Notes: generated by a model not told the origin, from the sequence alone. A stretch of DNA of 61,969 bases, filler included, from Rhabdomonas costata (GCA_019059605.1; 29 parts of 29 records of this genome joined end to end with filler, not necessarily neighbours in it); one strand, 5' to 3'; counted from the whole stretch's first letter, positions 38,541-51,638 are shown. Translations and numbers: made by a program.

Positions 38541-40580
38541 TGTTGGTGGGGGACATACAGGTCAATGTGATGGCTGACGAGCCGCAGACATTGGACGAGG
38601 CATTAGAGAAGGCCTGGGACTACTTTCGGAAGCCGAGACCCAAACCCCAAGTCATTGTTGCAGTGCCCGAGTCATCGTTGCAAAAAGCAGGGTTACAGAG
38701 CGGGAAGGCATGGAGTTGGTTTCGATGCGTTATGGCTACACGCTTATTTGCTTGTTTCACGCGTTTGCAGTTTGACCACTGTCACTTCCCATTCAGCAGG
38801 CTTTGTATTCTGTGTCTTTTTGTGTGCGAATTAGAGACCGCCTTGGCGGGTTCCAGCCTTGCACATTTCCAGACTAATGGCCGTGGGTGCAGAGACACAA
38901 AGCGATCTTTCAAAAAAAAGCCTCTATTTATAAAAGAGTCTCATCATCTTTTGCCAATTTAAACACCTGTTACACCTAACATGTAACACCACTTTTTTCT
39001 TTCGCATTTTTCTAGCTTGAGTTCATTCGCTTGTTTCCAATCTCTAAGATCCCTTTGCAAAATCTAAGCAGGTATCAGCAATAACCTGTAGAAAGCCCCA
39101 CCACGCTGCCAGACAAACCTCATCTACACTCGCCATACTTGAGATTGTGAGGTGCTCCGAGGCAACGCCCCCTAAAGAGGTGAGATGCAGTGGTTGAACA
39201 ATGGCAGTGACCAGAGCAATGGGACTTGAAGAAAAGAACCTGATCCCGACCCAAACAGTTGCAGCTTGCAAAAGCTGAAAATTACAAAAGTTGTAGGCGA
39301 TATTAGCACGTGTTTGTCTCTTCACTATTTGAAACCATCAAAAGTGAGTTTTTTTTTCAAATTGGCCAAATGGCAAATGGAAAGAAGGTGTTTATAGCAA
39401 AGCTGTGTTAAAAAAAGTGTTGGTGGTGGGTATGCCGCGAGTTGTGATCGGAGGGAGATGGAAGGAGTAGATAGTATGGGAGAGAGTAGGGTACAACACA
39501 CAAACAAATGGCGGAACCGCAATGATGGTGGCTAGCTTTAAAGAAAAGATGAAATGCAATTTACAACAAAATTAGAAATGCACGTAAAGCTTTAATTACT
39601 ACTGATTAAGACGTCAATTTAGGTTGTATTGGACTGCTGTTACCGTTCGTTGAATGCGATTACAGGTGCATACTCTTATCATATTCCGAGGATTTACGAG
39701 ATGATTAAGCATGCGTGTAAAGCTAATCGTTTTTTGAAGTTAGATTTGCATTTGCGATTTAATCAGCTCAAGATTTATCACAAGCATGTTGAGAGGAAGT
39801 TAATGGTATCACCCAGTGTTTTGGTGGGATCCTCTGGAGAACCCGGAGCCTTCAGAATGTGCCATAAGATATCCAGTGACGCTCCATGTGAAAATCTGAA
39901 GTACTAGTGGAAACTTAAGTGCGACGTGTTTGATAATGAGAATAAAATAGCAGCACAGAAGGAGCGTATGCGAACAGGAGGAGAGCGAATTGCAAGGTTT
40001 TTGTATAACAAGACGTGATGATAAACACAAAGAAGCATTACAGATTACAGAGGCCACGTTTGTGTTTGACATCCCCAAGGAGCTTCTGGGAGAGCTCATT
40101 TGGTGTTTAATTCGAATGATCTTATTAAGAAAGAGACCAGAGTGTTGGATCCAGTAGGAATGTTACCGGAAAAAATGAGGAATATGGTGAAGGTGATGAA
40201 ATTGACGGCCAATGTCAAGCTGGAGATGGAAATGATGACAAAAGTGGCGCTGTTCAAGAGGCGGTGGAGACACATTTTTGTTGGAAAAAACAAATTTGCG
40301 GTGGTTGTTCAGTGGAAAGCCCGATAGTTTAGAGAAGCTAGATCCAGAAGATTGTGAAGAAGGTGGAGATCCAGTTTCTCTATTTCAAAAACCCCGCTGT
40401 AGTACGACGTGGGTTTAGAGCATGAAGAGATTGCAGATGACAAATATCCGGATGATAGGATTGAACCATTTTGTACAAAATTGAAGGAAGCGTATTCTCA
40501 AGGTCGACATCCACAAAACACGTTGTATAACATACCTCTGACGCCCAATTTAGGGCAGGCCGTAAATACCACCAAAACAA
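38541..40580 (+). mobile_element. Degenerate Ty3/Gypsy LTR-retrotransposon remnant
   Basis: Gag-like PQTLDEALEKA..WFRC at 38543-38730. RT N-terminus YRSLNAIT..YHIPRIYEM..FLKLDL..FNQLKI at ~39630-39800 (cf. Gypsy DYRxLNxxT..YPLPxI..FSKLDL). Stops and frameshifts elsewhere. Confidence 0.85.
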
Positions 40581-41468
40581 NNNNNNNNNNNNNNNNNNNN
40601 NNNNNNNNNNNNNNNNNNNNNNNNTTAATTAATTAANNNNNNNNNNNNNNNNNNNNNNNNNNNNNNNNNNNNNNNNNNNNGGGTTTGGGGTTCGGCCTCG
40701 GTTCTGTCGTGGGCTCTTCCACCGCCTTTTCTGCTCTGTGCGCGTTGGGAAGCGCTCTATTGCGAAGTCACATCGGACGAATAGGAGCGGCGTTCTGATG
40801 GGTTGCGTCAGGTCAAATGGGTGAGGGCCGTTGTGTTTTCGCGACACATCGCAATGGCACAATGGGGAACCTTTTGCTTTAGGCTGATTTCTCCTGTGAA
40901 CTTGTTTCCTTTCGACACCTTCCGTTGCACTGGTATGGCTGTGCACCGGTATGCATGTGTGCATAGGTGATTGTGGTATGGCTTTTCGCAGGGATCTACC
41001 TTCAGGCCAGTGGCATCTTCAATAGCCTTACCCAATGTCTAAAGAGCCTGTACGGGGACGCCTCCCCTCAGGTGTGGGGGGCACCCTGCAGTTTGGTCTG
41101 ATGCTATTGTGCATTTTTTGCTGGGATAACATGGTGCAAAAGAAATGGCCTTTTTTTCGTTGCTATCATTGCTTGCGGTGAAAGATGTCAGATTTAAGAG
41201 GGCACTGGGCCCAAAGACTTGAATCTTCAATTTTTATTACACCCCTTTCACCCTTCGCTGCCATGTTGTGAGACTATGCAGAAGCCCTAAACTCATACCA
41301 CGTGCAGACCCGCTGGCAAGATCACCGAATTCCTCTGGTGCAAGTCCAGCCATCAGCACTTTGTAAATGTGCGTTAAAGCACTCCCTCGCCAGCGTGTCT
41401 TTGTTTTTTTGTTTGTTTTTGTTGTTTCTTTGTTTTTTTTGTTGTGAGTGGTGTGTGTGCATGTGCAG

Positions 41469-41553
41469 CTCCTGGCGGTTCTGCGCAAGCATCAGGGCTT
41501 CTTGGAGAGCCTGGACCTGAAGGAGAACAAGATGGAGGCCGAGGGCATCCGTG
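41469..41553 (+). CDS. Single exon encoding an RI-like leucine-rich repeat
   Basis: tgcag|LLAVLRKHQGFLESLDLKENKMEAEGIR|gtcag; 28 aa with the LxxLxLxxNxI/M..EG pattern. Confidence 0.8.
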
Positions 41554-42524
41554 GTCAGGCAGACGCGATGGAGGAGGCGCTCCGTGCCAGGCGGCCATAG
41601 GACCGAACCACACAGAGCCTTTTTCATTGACCCCCTGAGAGGGCTTCCCCCGTCAGAAATGGATAGCTGCCCCATCGTACATCATACGTTTGCGCAGTGG
41701 CGCAACCATATGGGGTGAGGTTGCCGTGGGGGCACAATTGTATTTGTATTTCTGACAATTGATTGTGGATACCCCCTTCCTCAGCGGTGGGTTCCCCGCA
41801 GCTCTTCACTTCTGCGGGTGAAATGCATTTTCGCTCGGATTTTTGTCGTCACCATCGCTCTGTAATTCCAGTGGGGAGGGAGTTGATGGGATAGAATACG
41901 TACTTTCACACTTGATTAGTGGCATGTTCATGGCGAAGCCTCACTGAGTTTCATGCTTGCCAAACTCAGCACATGTTTCTCTCTTTGTTCTTTCTCTTCT
42001 TTCCACGTCCATCCACCAACGTTCTATGATGTTGTCGTGATCCGAAAAGATTGGGCTGGGACCGAGCCTAAAAATGCCACGGGAAGACTGAAGAGCTTGG
42101 ACGAGAGGTCTGAGCGATGCGATTCGCCGGTGGATAACAGAAATATGATTTCCCAACACATTAGTTCTCATAGTCCCCCTGTCTTTCGAAGTGCTTAGTC
42201 GTGGAACTGTACCATTCCTTTCTGTATCTCGTTTCCTCGCAGTACTGTTCACCTCTACCACATGTCGACTGAAGATATTTCTTTTGGCGCTGTGGTCAGC
42301 AGTACCCCTGCCAAGTCTCGCAAGCGTAGCCACCGATCGCAGGAGAGTACCGAAGAACTTCCCTTCTCACCGCCCAGGTGGTTGGCAAACTGGCGAGCAC
42401 CCCCCACCATCAATAGTTGTTTTTGGCCCGCACCCACCCAGGAAATTACAGTTTACAATCACAATCTTAGTAGAGATTGAGTGGGCTCCCTAGATCCTAC
42501 CCCTGACATTCCCAAGACGAGGCG

Positions 42525-42577
42525 AATATGGAGTGCCGGAGTTGAACCCGCGACTCTTGGCACGGGTGCCACATACC
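42525..42577 (-). other. tRNA-like 3' half (Pol III B-box), probable tRNA-derived repeat or pseudogene
   Basis: Minus strand GCGGG-TTCAACT-CCGGC (B-box GGTTCAACTCC, 42548-42538), preceded by the stem TGGCAC..GTGCCA. No D-arm or A-box is visible. Confidence 0.45.
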
Positions 42578-42629
42578 TCCCCGCCCCCCTCCCCGGGGGG
42601 CGGGGGGGGGGGCAGTGATTAGTATATGC

Positions 42630-42714
42630 GGGTCAAAGGGAGTGGCGGGGTGGTTTTATCCAGGCCACTGGATAGTGATCACTATCCATGGATAGTAGCC
42701 ACTCCCTTTGACCC
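42630..42714. repeat. 85-bp palindromic cassette with 17-bp perfect inverted repeats
   Basis: GGGTCAAAGGGAGTGGC (42630-42646) / GCCACTCCCTTTGACCC (42698-42714), with an internal 20-bp palindrome TGGATAGTGATCACTATCCA. Confidence 0.9.
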
Positions 42715-45577
42715 CCAAAANNNNNNNNNNNNNNNNNNNNNNNNNNNNNNNNNNNNNNNNNNNNTTAATTAATTAANNNNNNNNNNNNNNNNNNNNNNNN
42801 NNNNNNNNNNNNNNNNNNNNCGCCACCCCCCCCCCCCCAGAACTATGCATGACCCAAATGAGTTGGAAACCTCTACTTATCTTTTCTATAGGCTGTGTTG
42901 AACAATGATGGCGACGGAACCATGGCACTCGGTGCTGACGGCGCCAGGGAGAGATGACAGCTTTGCTTGCTTATGTGAAGTTTGATAATGTGAGTCTCAA
43001 AAACAACTTGTAAAGAGCCACACCTGTTTTCGAAAGTGCTATTTCGAAAGGTCCGCGTGCGGGGGACGCACCTTCGGAGGCCCGTTTGCTGTGTCGGGCG
43101 AGGGAACGCGAGGGAGTTTTTGGCGCACCCTCTTACCCTGGCAGGGAATCTGGGTCAAGTACGAGGTAGTAGTGGTGACGGCAGCTTTGTTTGATCCTCG
43201 TGGTTGGTAAGCAGCTTTGCACCCCTTGAGGACGGAGGCTGGATTTATGTTGCTGTACAACCGCTGCGGTGCAGGGACCCATTTGCCTTGCATTTATTCT
43301 AAGTCATGTTTTATGTCAAGCATTTATGCTTGACACAAATGCTTCATTTATGCTAAGCCTAGATGCATCTGGAAGCATTTTTGCAAAGGAAACATTTTGC
43401 TCTGACAAGCTTCATATGAGAGAAAAATGAAAGACAATAAAACGGCGAGAAAAGCCAACAAGCTGAAAGATTCCACCGAGACAATCCCAAGAGCTACCAT
43501 AATGTAAAATACATGACCCTGGAAGCATAAAATAGGGTGGATTCACGGCGGGTCCATTTTTTCACCCCCTACTGACCCTTTTCAAAGCTTTAAAGAATTA
43601 GACCTAAAAAACGCGTCAGACACCTCAACTTAGATGTCTTCGAAGTTGGGTCGATTTTTTTCACCTCAGACACCCAATTTGGACATATAGGTGGCGTTGG
43701 AGGCCCCGATTTCGGAAAAAACTCGGGGAATTGAGGGTCAAGTGGAACACTCAACCCACAACTTACTTTCCAATGAATGCAAAGTGAAATGCTCGAGAGT
43801 CCCGCTGCAACTTATCAGCTTTTTTTTTCAGATAATACCACCACACAACCAGCCAGCGTTTCCAGGACCGCCAAAATGTGTTTTAAACCGTTAAAATTTA
43901 TAAGGCAAATAAAACATACTCAAGGCGAGGACACTCTTCCTCTGGATTGCAGGGGGGAAGAAAACGTTCAAGTTAGTGGACATTGGTAGGCTAGTCGGAC
44001 AACCGTGCTAACGTCAGTATAATGCAGGGAGGCACAGGTCATAATTTCGTATTGTACACATTGTGTAAGGGTGGCAAAGTGTTACCGCAAGCAGCAAATT
44101 TAATAACGTCTAATAACATTTGAAGACAATTCGCAAAAGTTCCATTCAAAGCCCTAATAATAGCATCTTCTAATTAGTTTGGTTTTCATGCAACAGCAGT
44201 GCAGCAAGATAAAGTAAAAAGGGGTGATGTAATTTCAACTAATTACTGATTTGAATTTCAAAAGAAAGACCCCTCCTACAATCACCTGTTTCCCGCTACT
44301 CGTTGATGTGGTTTCTAATTTGTGGTTTTTGCACATTTTGCATTGGGTAAATGTTGTCAAAAGGGTTTGACATCTTTCAACTTTACAGATACATATTGCG
44401 CTGGAGTCTCAATCTAGTGGGTATTAATAAGACGTTCCGACCCAACCTGGTGAAGCGGAACAGTTTTTGCACCCGTGTGTTTCACGCGGATGGATTTAGG
44501 GGACACACCAGGAAGGAGGACAAGGCGTAGTTAGCACACAGAACTTATGCTATTTCCGCTGCGCTCCGCGGCCCAAGACATTCTGGAAAAAACTGTTTCG
44601 AGACCTCCGGGGGTCACGTGCGCCGCTAACCCAGCCCCTTCCACATATCTCTCTCGGACTTGGTTGTGAAGTTCTTTGATGCAAACGAATCCGTGAGGAT
44701 TTGATAGTGCACTGAAAATGCGTGGGTTCCTGATTCCTGTCTTTTTGTACAGTACTTCAAGGATAAACGGGGGGATGCAATTTCGACTTACTACTGATTC
44801 TACTTTTGAAAAAAGAATTCCAAATGAGCCCTGTTCCCATTACCCTGTTACCCACAACCCNNNNNNNNNNNNNNNNNNNNNNNNNNNNNNNNNNNNNNNN
44901 NNNNTTAATTAATTAANNNNNNNNNNNNNNNNNNNNNNNNNNNNNNNNNNNNNNNNNNNNGTGTGGTGGGAGAGAAGGGAAACGAGAGAAAGCATCTGCG
45001 GGATTACATGCGGAGGGAGTGAGGGCGAGCTGCATTTGTAGGCCGTGAGCAAGACACGGACGAGAGATCCGCCGAAGGAGACGCACGCGCGACCGGAAAC
45101 TCTCCCTATGAGAACACTGTGGTAAGCTGCCTCGTTTCCCTTCTCTCCCACCCTCCTCCCCACCTGTTCTGGCGCTACCTCATTCTCTCAATCCCGTCCT
45201 GAAGCGCCCTACCTCCGCTCTCACGCGTTCTTGGTGGCGCAGCCTCGGTTTTCGCCTTCCCGCCCATTGCATCCCGTGGTGCTGTGCTGTTGTGCTCTGT
45301 CTTGCCTTCCGGGTTGCTAAAAAACGGAGGTTTCCGCAAGGAAACTAGATGTTTGTTCAACTTAGCGGGCAAGAATCCGAATCCTGACGGACACCGAACG
45401 GGCTCATCGAATCGCCCTACAATCCCCCTTACAAAGAGCTTCTGTCGGAACCGCAGGGGGAACTAGCAGCACCTACCAACCCAGAGAAGTATCTCCGCCT
45501 ATCACCTTTTCCCGCCAGAACAGCGTGTCCGGTCAATGAATGGTATCTACGCTCGAACCAAGGACCACAGAGCCAAC

Positions 45578-46981
45578 CTGTAAGGAAGACCAGAATGTCC
45601 CCCAGGGGCTCAGAGAAGTGAATATTAAGGACCTTCTCCACGGCGGCCTTGACGTAGTCCGGCACACGGTGCGGGGAATACGACATTGCCACGGGATGCA
45701 TACGGCCTTCCACACGTATGGTTGCCGCGCCAAAGTATGCCTCAAATGGGGCCGAGTTCATGGTGGCACTCATGATCACCAGCCGAAGTTCAGGACGCCG
45801 CACAAGCAGTCCCTTCAGGTGCCCCACTAAAAGGTCAGTGGCGGCAGACCGCTCATGTGCCTGTGAGCAAAATGAGGGGACAAAAGAATGTGCTTCAATA
45901 CCTGGCAAACTTAATATCATGGTAGAACGCAATTGTGCAAACGCAAGCTTTTAATTAATGAAGCTGGGCGAACAAAACGGCAGATATTACTATAAAGGAC
46001 ATTGGAAAAGCCCCATACCCACCACCACCACACGGGACACGTATAAGTTGCTCCATGTTCCATGTGCGAACCAAGTAGCAGGTGCTTAACATCACGTACC
46101 ACCGATCGCGGCGCGTGCGAGAGCGAGTTTGTCTCAGAAGTTGACGGGGAAATCAAGCAAATTACTGCCAAAACGTTTGGAATCTCTGAGTTAAAACTCA
46201 CCTAGAAAAACAACTGCCATTTGAGAAAACGTCCCCTACAGGATGTCCCCTACATGTTAATGCCAATGAGCTGGAGCATTTGTATCTCGTGTTTCGTACG
46301 GTGAGCGAGAGTGATGTTTGCAAGGGGCGAAGGGCGGGAGGTTCGATGGGCTTCTCATGGGCTTCTCTCTCTCCAAGCTCCCCACCCCCCATACACACAG
46401 ACAGAAATGTGATCAACACCACCTTCTACCATTATTAGAGGCGGCCCTACAAACGACATTCAGCTCTTGCGACGCCTCATTTGGACAGAATCACCTCCAA
46501 AGCAAAGAGCGGCCCCTGACGCAACCTCACACACTCCTACATCCTCGGGCCCTGTCGAACTGTGAGTTTTGTGCCATGCTGCAAGGGAACCATATATATT
46601 CCGTGCAGAGCACGGAGTTAGATTACCCGTGCTTCGGACCTCTGGGATGAACGAAAAAGAAAGCAGCCAGCCTCCGAAAACCTCGTCCAAGACAATCACG
46701 CGGTATGCACGGAGCTCGTGGTCGCACAGCGCCTCCTGCAGGAGAATCCCGTCGGTGACGTACTTCACTCTTGTGGCATGCCCAGTGTTGTTCTCAAACC
46801 GCACGGCGTACCCCACTGCCGGCGACTCGGTCCCTTCCACCCCGGAACCGTCTTGGCGCTGGCTGCCCGCGACGTACTCGCCGAGGCTTCGGGCGGCTAT
46901 CCGCCGGGGCTGGGTGCACACCACCCCTTGCTGGTCAGTCGCGAACCCCTGCCGCATCAGGTAGACTGGGATGCGAGAGCT
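45578..46981 (-). CDS. DEAH-box RNA helicase (Prp22/Prp43-like) fragment (2 exons)
   Basis: Exon 46981-46682 CTQPRRIAA..VGYAVRFE..KYVTDGILL..IVLDE; exon 45860-45578 AHERS..MSATM..GRMHPV..GDILVFLTG. Confidence 0.96.
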
Positions 46982-47231
46982 CTGACAAAAAACATAAAAA
47001 NNNNNNNNNNNNNNNNNNNNNNNNNNNNNNNNNNNNNNNNNNNNTTAATTAATTAANNNNNNNNNNNNNNNNNNNNNNNNNNNNNNNNNNNNNNNNNNNN
47101 TTGTTACCGAGCCTAAGAGGTTCCCGTGCGGCAAGATTTCCCAACCTTTCCAGAGCATTCTGCCATGCATGGAGGACCAGTCTAAAAAGGCTCTGTCTTA
47201 GGTCTTTCGGTTTTTTCGTATTGAGGGTTGC

Positions 47232-47495
47232 TTGAACTCTGAACTTTGTAGGATTGAACTTTGAACTGCCTCACGTTGAACTTTGAGGATTTTGGACCAT
47301 TTCGCCCGATGGGAACTACATTATTGTTTCGTGAATTTCTCGTCTTTGCGGCAACTGAGGTCCGCACCGGAATTCATTGAACTTTGAACTGGGTCGTTGA
47401 ATTGAAGTGAACTATTTTGGTTCACATTGAACTTTGAGGGTTGTGCAACCTTGGGGGTCGCTATTTTCATCTTTTGTTGTGGCCAGTGCTGAACT
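47232..47495. repeat. Dispersed direct-repeat array of TGAACT/TTGAACTTTGA
   Basis: About ten TGAACT copies, including TTGAACTTTGAACTG at 47254 and 47377 and TTGAACTTTGAGG at 47276 and 47427. Confidence 0.85.
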
Positions 47496-47998
47496 AAAGG
47501 GCGAGAGTACCCTTGCCGAACACGTCCAGTAAATTACCAGGTGTCCCAGGTGGTACAGCAAGAAGAGGTGCAGAGGGTGGGGAAGTAGCCCGTAGAGCGG
47601 AGCCTCCCTTGTATTAATAATATCATTGGATCAAAGACTTTTTTGGTGATTATAAAAATAAACGGATCAGGCAAATTTGGATCAAGGAGGGTCTCTCCAG
47701 ACCAGTCCCTTTCTTCTTTGGGAGAAGGGAAATAATGGATAATCAAATAATCTAAAAATAAAATTCAAATAATGGTTCAACTTCAACCCTGATCCTTTGA
47801 ACCATTATTTGTGCAGACACATCATTAATACTTTCACGGTAAAAGTTGTTTTTGGGCACTCATATTGAACAAGCTAATCTCTGCTGCAATGAAACTTTTT
47901 CCGAACGGCGAGAACCAGTGATCGAATTGAGAAAGTGTGATGGGCTTTCCTGCTCACCGTATGTTCGTTCCCCATGACGTTTTTGTGGATTTTCCCAG

Positions 47999-48097
47999 GC
48001 TGTGGCATTGGTGTATGCCCTGTGTCACAACCGGACTCTGGTGGTTGACAACCGCCAGGAATGGGTGTATGCGCCCCGGGCCAACTGCACCGACAAG
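47999..48097 (+). CDS. Exon of an alpha-1,6-fucosyltransferase (GT23/FUT8-like) protein
   Basis: ttcccag|AVALVYALCHNRTLVVDNRQEWVYAPRANCTDK|gtctg; A..NRTL(V/I)..W.Y pattern. Confidence 0.65.
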
Positions 48098-49651
48098 GTC
48101 TGCGAATGAGTCAACTTCACCCCGAATGCCTCACTGCCTCCCTTTGCCTCCCGAAGCTCTGGGTTCAATAAATTGCCCCAGGCTGGTGTTTGCACCGTCA
48201 GCGATTGTCAAGTTTGTGTGGCGATTCTAAACGGTGGATTTTGCAAACGCGGGCATTTTTTGCCGGCTACGTTTGTTCAATTACCCCTTTTTATAGCAGG
48301 GATATTAAAACTCAACAAAGATGCTATAAAATTTCATCTTTTCTGGCACTTTTGCTTAAAATTTGTGTCTTTTTTCAGAATCCGAATTTTTCATATTACC
48401 AGTGCAAAAAAATTTGCGCCACTATAAAAAATTTCATTGAGAATTTCGGTCTCGCTGGGGCCATGGGGCAGTGCACGTGTTCCGGCAGCAAATTAAGTTG
48501 CATATGGAACATCATTGAAAAATCAAAGAAAAGTTCATGGGGTCACTATTGGTTTTTGTGGCAACGCTACAAAATTTGTGCGACTTCTGAAATTGTATAG
48601 CTCTGCTGCAAATGGCTTTAAAAATGTGAACTTTTGCATCGATGTTTTGGAATTGTTCTTCGCCGCCATGAAGAGGGTGTGGTGGGGGCTGCTAATAAAC
48701 CAGTTCCTTTTTTGTTGCTGTCTTTGTGAAAAAACGTGTCGTGCAAAAACAAAAAAACACAAAATCACACTTTGTACAGGCTGGAACTCCATCTGCTGTC
48801 AACCAGCTCTTTCCACTTTCGCACTCCCAAGAAAACGAAGTTTTCGGAGGAGTGAGCGCTCATTCTTTTTTCCATTTTTTATTCTTGCATTCTTCTGCCT
48901 GCTCGCTTCGGCACGCAGGCTGGGCAGTACCAACCCTGGGCATGCTGGTTTCTTCCCACATCTAACGCCGTCGTACCACCCACTGCTGGAACAGTTTCTC
49001 CCAACGTGTACTGCAACTCACGTCGATGGACAGACCCGGTCTTGCTGATGACTGCTGAGTGGGAAGGGGTCCGAGCGAGACACGACGTCCGGTATTACCT
49101 ACCGCCTTTTTTCGGTTCTATTTCGGACCAACCAACACCCNNNNNNNNNNNNNNNNNNNNNNNNNNNNNNNNNNNNNNNNNNNNTTAATTAATTAANNNN
49201 NNNNNNNNNNNNNNNNNNNNNNNNNNNNNNNNNNNNNNNNTTGTGGTTTTTCGAATCAGGGTGTCCACCACGATATGGACGGAACGGATGCGAGTTGTTG
49301 AGATAGGGAGTTGAGGTTGTCATCGTTCGTAAAAAGATTCCAAAAACTAGTTTTGTACTGTAACGGTTCTACCCTGCTTGTGATTCCACACGTTTTCTGG
49401 ACCTAGAGTTAACCTTGCTGGTCTGGTGCGGGGCCTTGTCCTGCGGCTTAACATCCTGAGCAACTGCATGCAGGAGGGCTGCGTTGGCGACTTCTCCCAC
49501 TTTCTCCAGCTTGCCGTGATTCACTACTCGGTCTTCCTACTACCCACCCTCCCAACAATCGCCTGACTCTTCTTGCCTGTCTTTTTTTTGTTATTGGCCG
49601 TCAATTCCTTTGTTTCTCTCCGGCTTCCCTGCTCTCATTCGCAACTTTCAG

Positions 49652-51277
49652 GTTCAGCCCCCGTCCTTGATGACAATTTTCTCACTCGTGAACGCAAGTG
49701 CTCTGCTGCCCCTGGGCTCTGGAGGGGAGGTGAAGTGGCGCGCTTTCGCTCAGCGCTGCGCAGCATTGGTTTTGGTTCTGGCCAACTGAGAGGTTTTTTG
49801 TGCAATCAGATTATCGATAAGTGGGAATATATCCCCACCCAACATCCGAAAGTTTCCATTATTATTGCTGCGCGACATTGGGCAGGCAAGTGTGCGTGCG
49901 AAGGAACCAGGAAGGGGGAGACATTCTAAAAGATAATTTTTATATTGATATTTTGATCGATATTTTTAAATCCCCTTAAACTTGAACGTAATGTTTTTCT
50001 GCAGTGATGAAAAGCAGCGTACCTGACCCCTTTTTGCCAAAATAAATACGGTTCCAGGTGGTTGGCATAGTTTACCAACACCTGCAAATAAAAAAGCGAG
50101 CCGTTCCGTCGTTTGGCAGTGATAAACTGAACATCCCCCACTCCTTGGAACGTCGCAACCCAACCACCCGCTCCGGCCGCGCTGGGGATTGGACCCTATA
50201 TGCGTTTTAATTCAGTATGTAAGCCACGCCTCAAGCCACGCCTTTTAATTCAGCTGCGCTCCCCTGCACAGCATGAATTGGGTTGGAATAGAAGTCACGG
50301 GTAATCCGTGAATGTGGTCAGCAAGTATACTGGCCCCGGGACTAATACTCCTTGACTGAATATTTTACCCGCTTTGCGTCGATCTGCTTGTGTACCTGTT
50401 TTCAGATCGTTATTGGGAGTGCGGGCTCATGCACTCTTGTGGCTGTGACAAACCGCACTTTGTGCGGGCTTGCCTGCCCCGAGCCCGTGCTATACCATCT
50501 GAACTCCACCCGCTTGGTGCCGACGTGTGCCTCCATTGATGAAGTTCAACCAAACGTCACACTGGTACGGGAGGGGGTACCGTCGTTTTCATTTATGAGC
50601 ATGTTCTATGAGATCCGATATTGCCAGTTCACCGAACGCCTTCATGAATATATTAATTTAGCAAACAACTTGCGTTGTACATTATTTTGCTTCCTACAAT
50701 CTTTCATCTGTGGAGATGTAACATTAATGAAACCATTAGCATTCACAGCATTTTGCATTTCCCCCCGTTTTCATCCGAACATTTTCTCCGCCAGCCGGGG
50801 CCTATTTGCCGCAGGTCTGCTGCTGATGCGAGTTTGGTGAGGTATTACATCATTTTTGTGTTTTTTTCGCGCCGTTTCGCAGGAGGCTTTTCAGCGCTCC
50901 CTGGAAGCCAACGCGGCCATCCGAACCACAGTGATCAATCAGACACTGAACTCGGGCTCCTCCACCAGCATTGTCGCCTTGCTGGAGCTCGCAGGTGCCT
51001 TTCTATCTTTGGTGGTGGTCTAGCCAATGTTCTCTTTTTCTTGTTTGCTGACAACTCAAAATCGTGAACACTAGCAAATGACTCATCGCTTTCAGCAAGG
51101 GAACCCATCGCGAATTGTTTATTTCCTCCTCACGCATTCCGAGCACTGCACCGGCGGGAAAATCTCGGAGTGCACCTGTTGTTGGCGCCACACTGTTTCT
51201 CCCAGGGTTCAGCGGACGTTATTCTTTGACAGGACGCCCCGTTGAGCTGGCCGTGGGGTTTTCCGTTCCCAACAACA
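49652..51277 (+). CDS. Hypothetical extracellular glycoprotein fragment (~5 exons)
   Basis: In-phase GT-AG exons near 49652-49729, 50406-50564, 50795-50836, 50883-50994 and 51206-end. Cys-rich with several N-x-S/T sequons (NAS, NRT, NST, NVT, NQT). Confidence 0.6.
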
Positions 51278-51638
51278 NNNNNNNNNNNNNNNNNNNNNNN
51301 NNNNNNNNNNNNNNNNNNNNNTTAATTAATTAANNNNNNNNNNNNNNNNNNNNNNNNNNNNNNNNNNNNNNNNNNNNGGATGGCTGTTTCCAGGGCACTT
51401 CTCTCTTTTAAGGTGGTTTCGAGTTCTTCAGGAACGGAGCAGCACGTAAACCAAAGCAATGTAGAACCAAAGAACCATACAAGCACTGAGGTCATTCCCG
51501 CCTCCCGCCTCCCATCAAACAACCCGACCCGTCACCGCCTCACGGCGGGAGCTTCTACTCAGGTCCCTGTCCTCGCTTCATTTTCCTGTCAGGTTGCAGA
51601 CAGAGAGAGTGTGTGGATGGATGTGGCGGCGGACAGAC

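Noticed and set aside
42525..42600. Functional tRNA gene
   Set aside because: No D-arm, A-box or 7-nt anticodon loop, and a mismatch in the T-stem.
47232..47439. CRISPR-like array
   Set aside because: Repeats are only 6-15 nt with irregular spacing, in a eukaryotic context with no cas genes.
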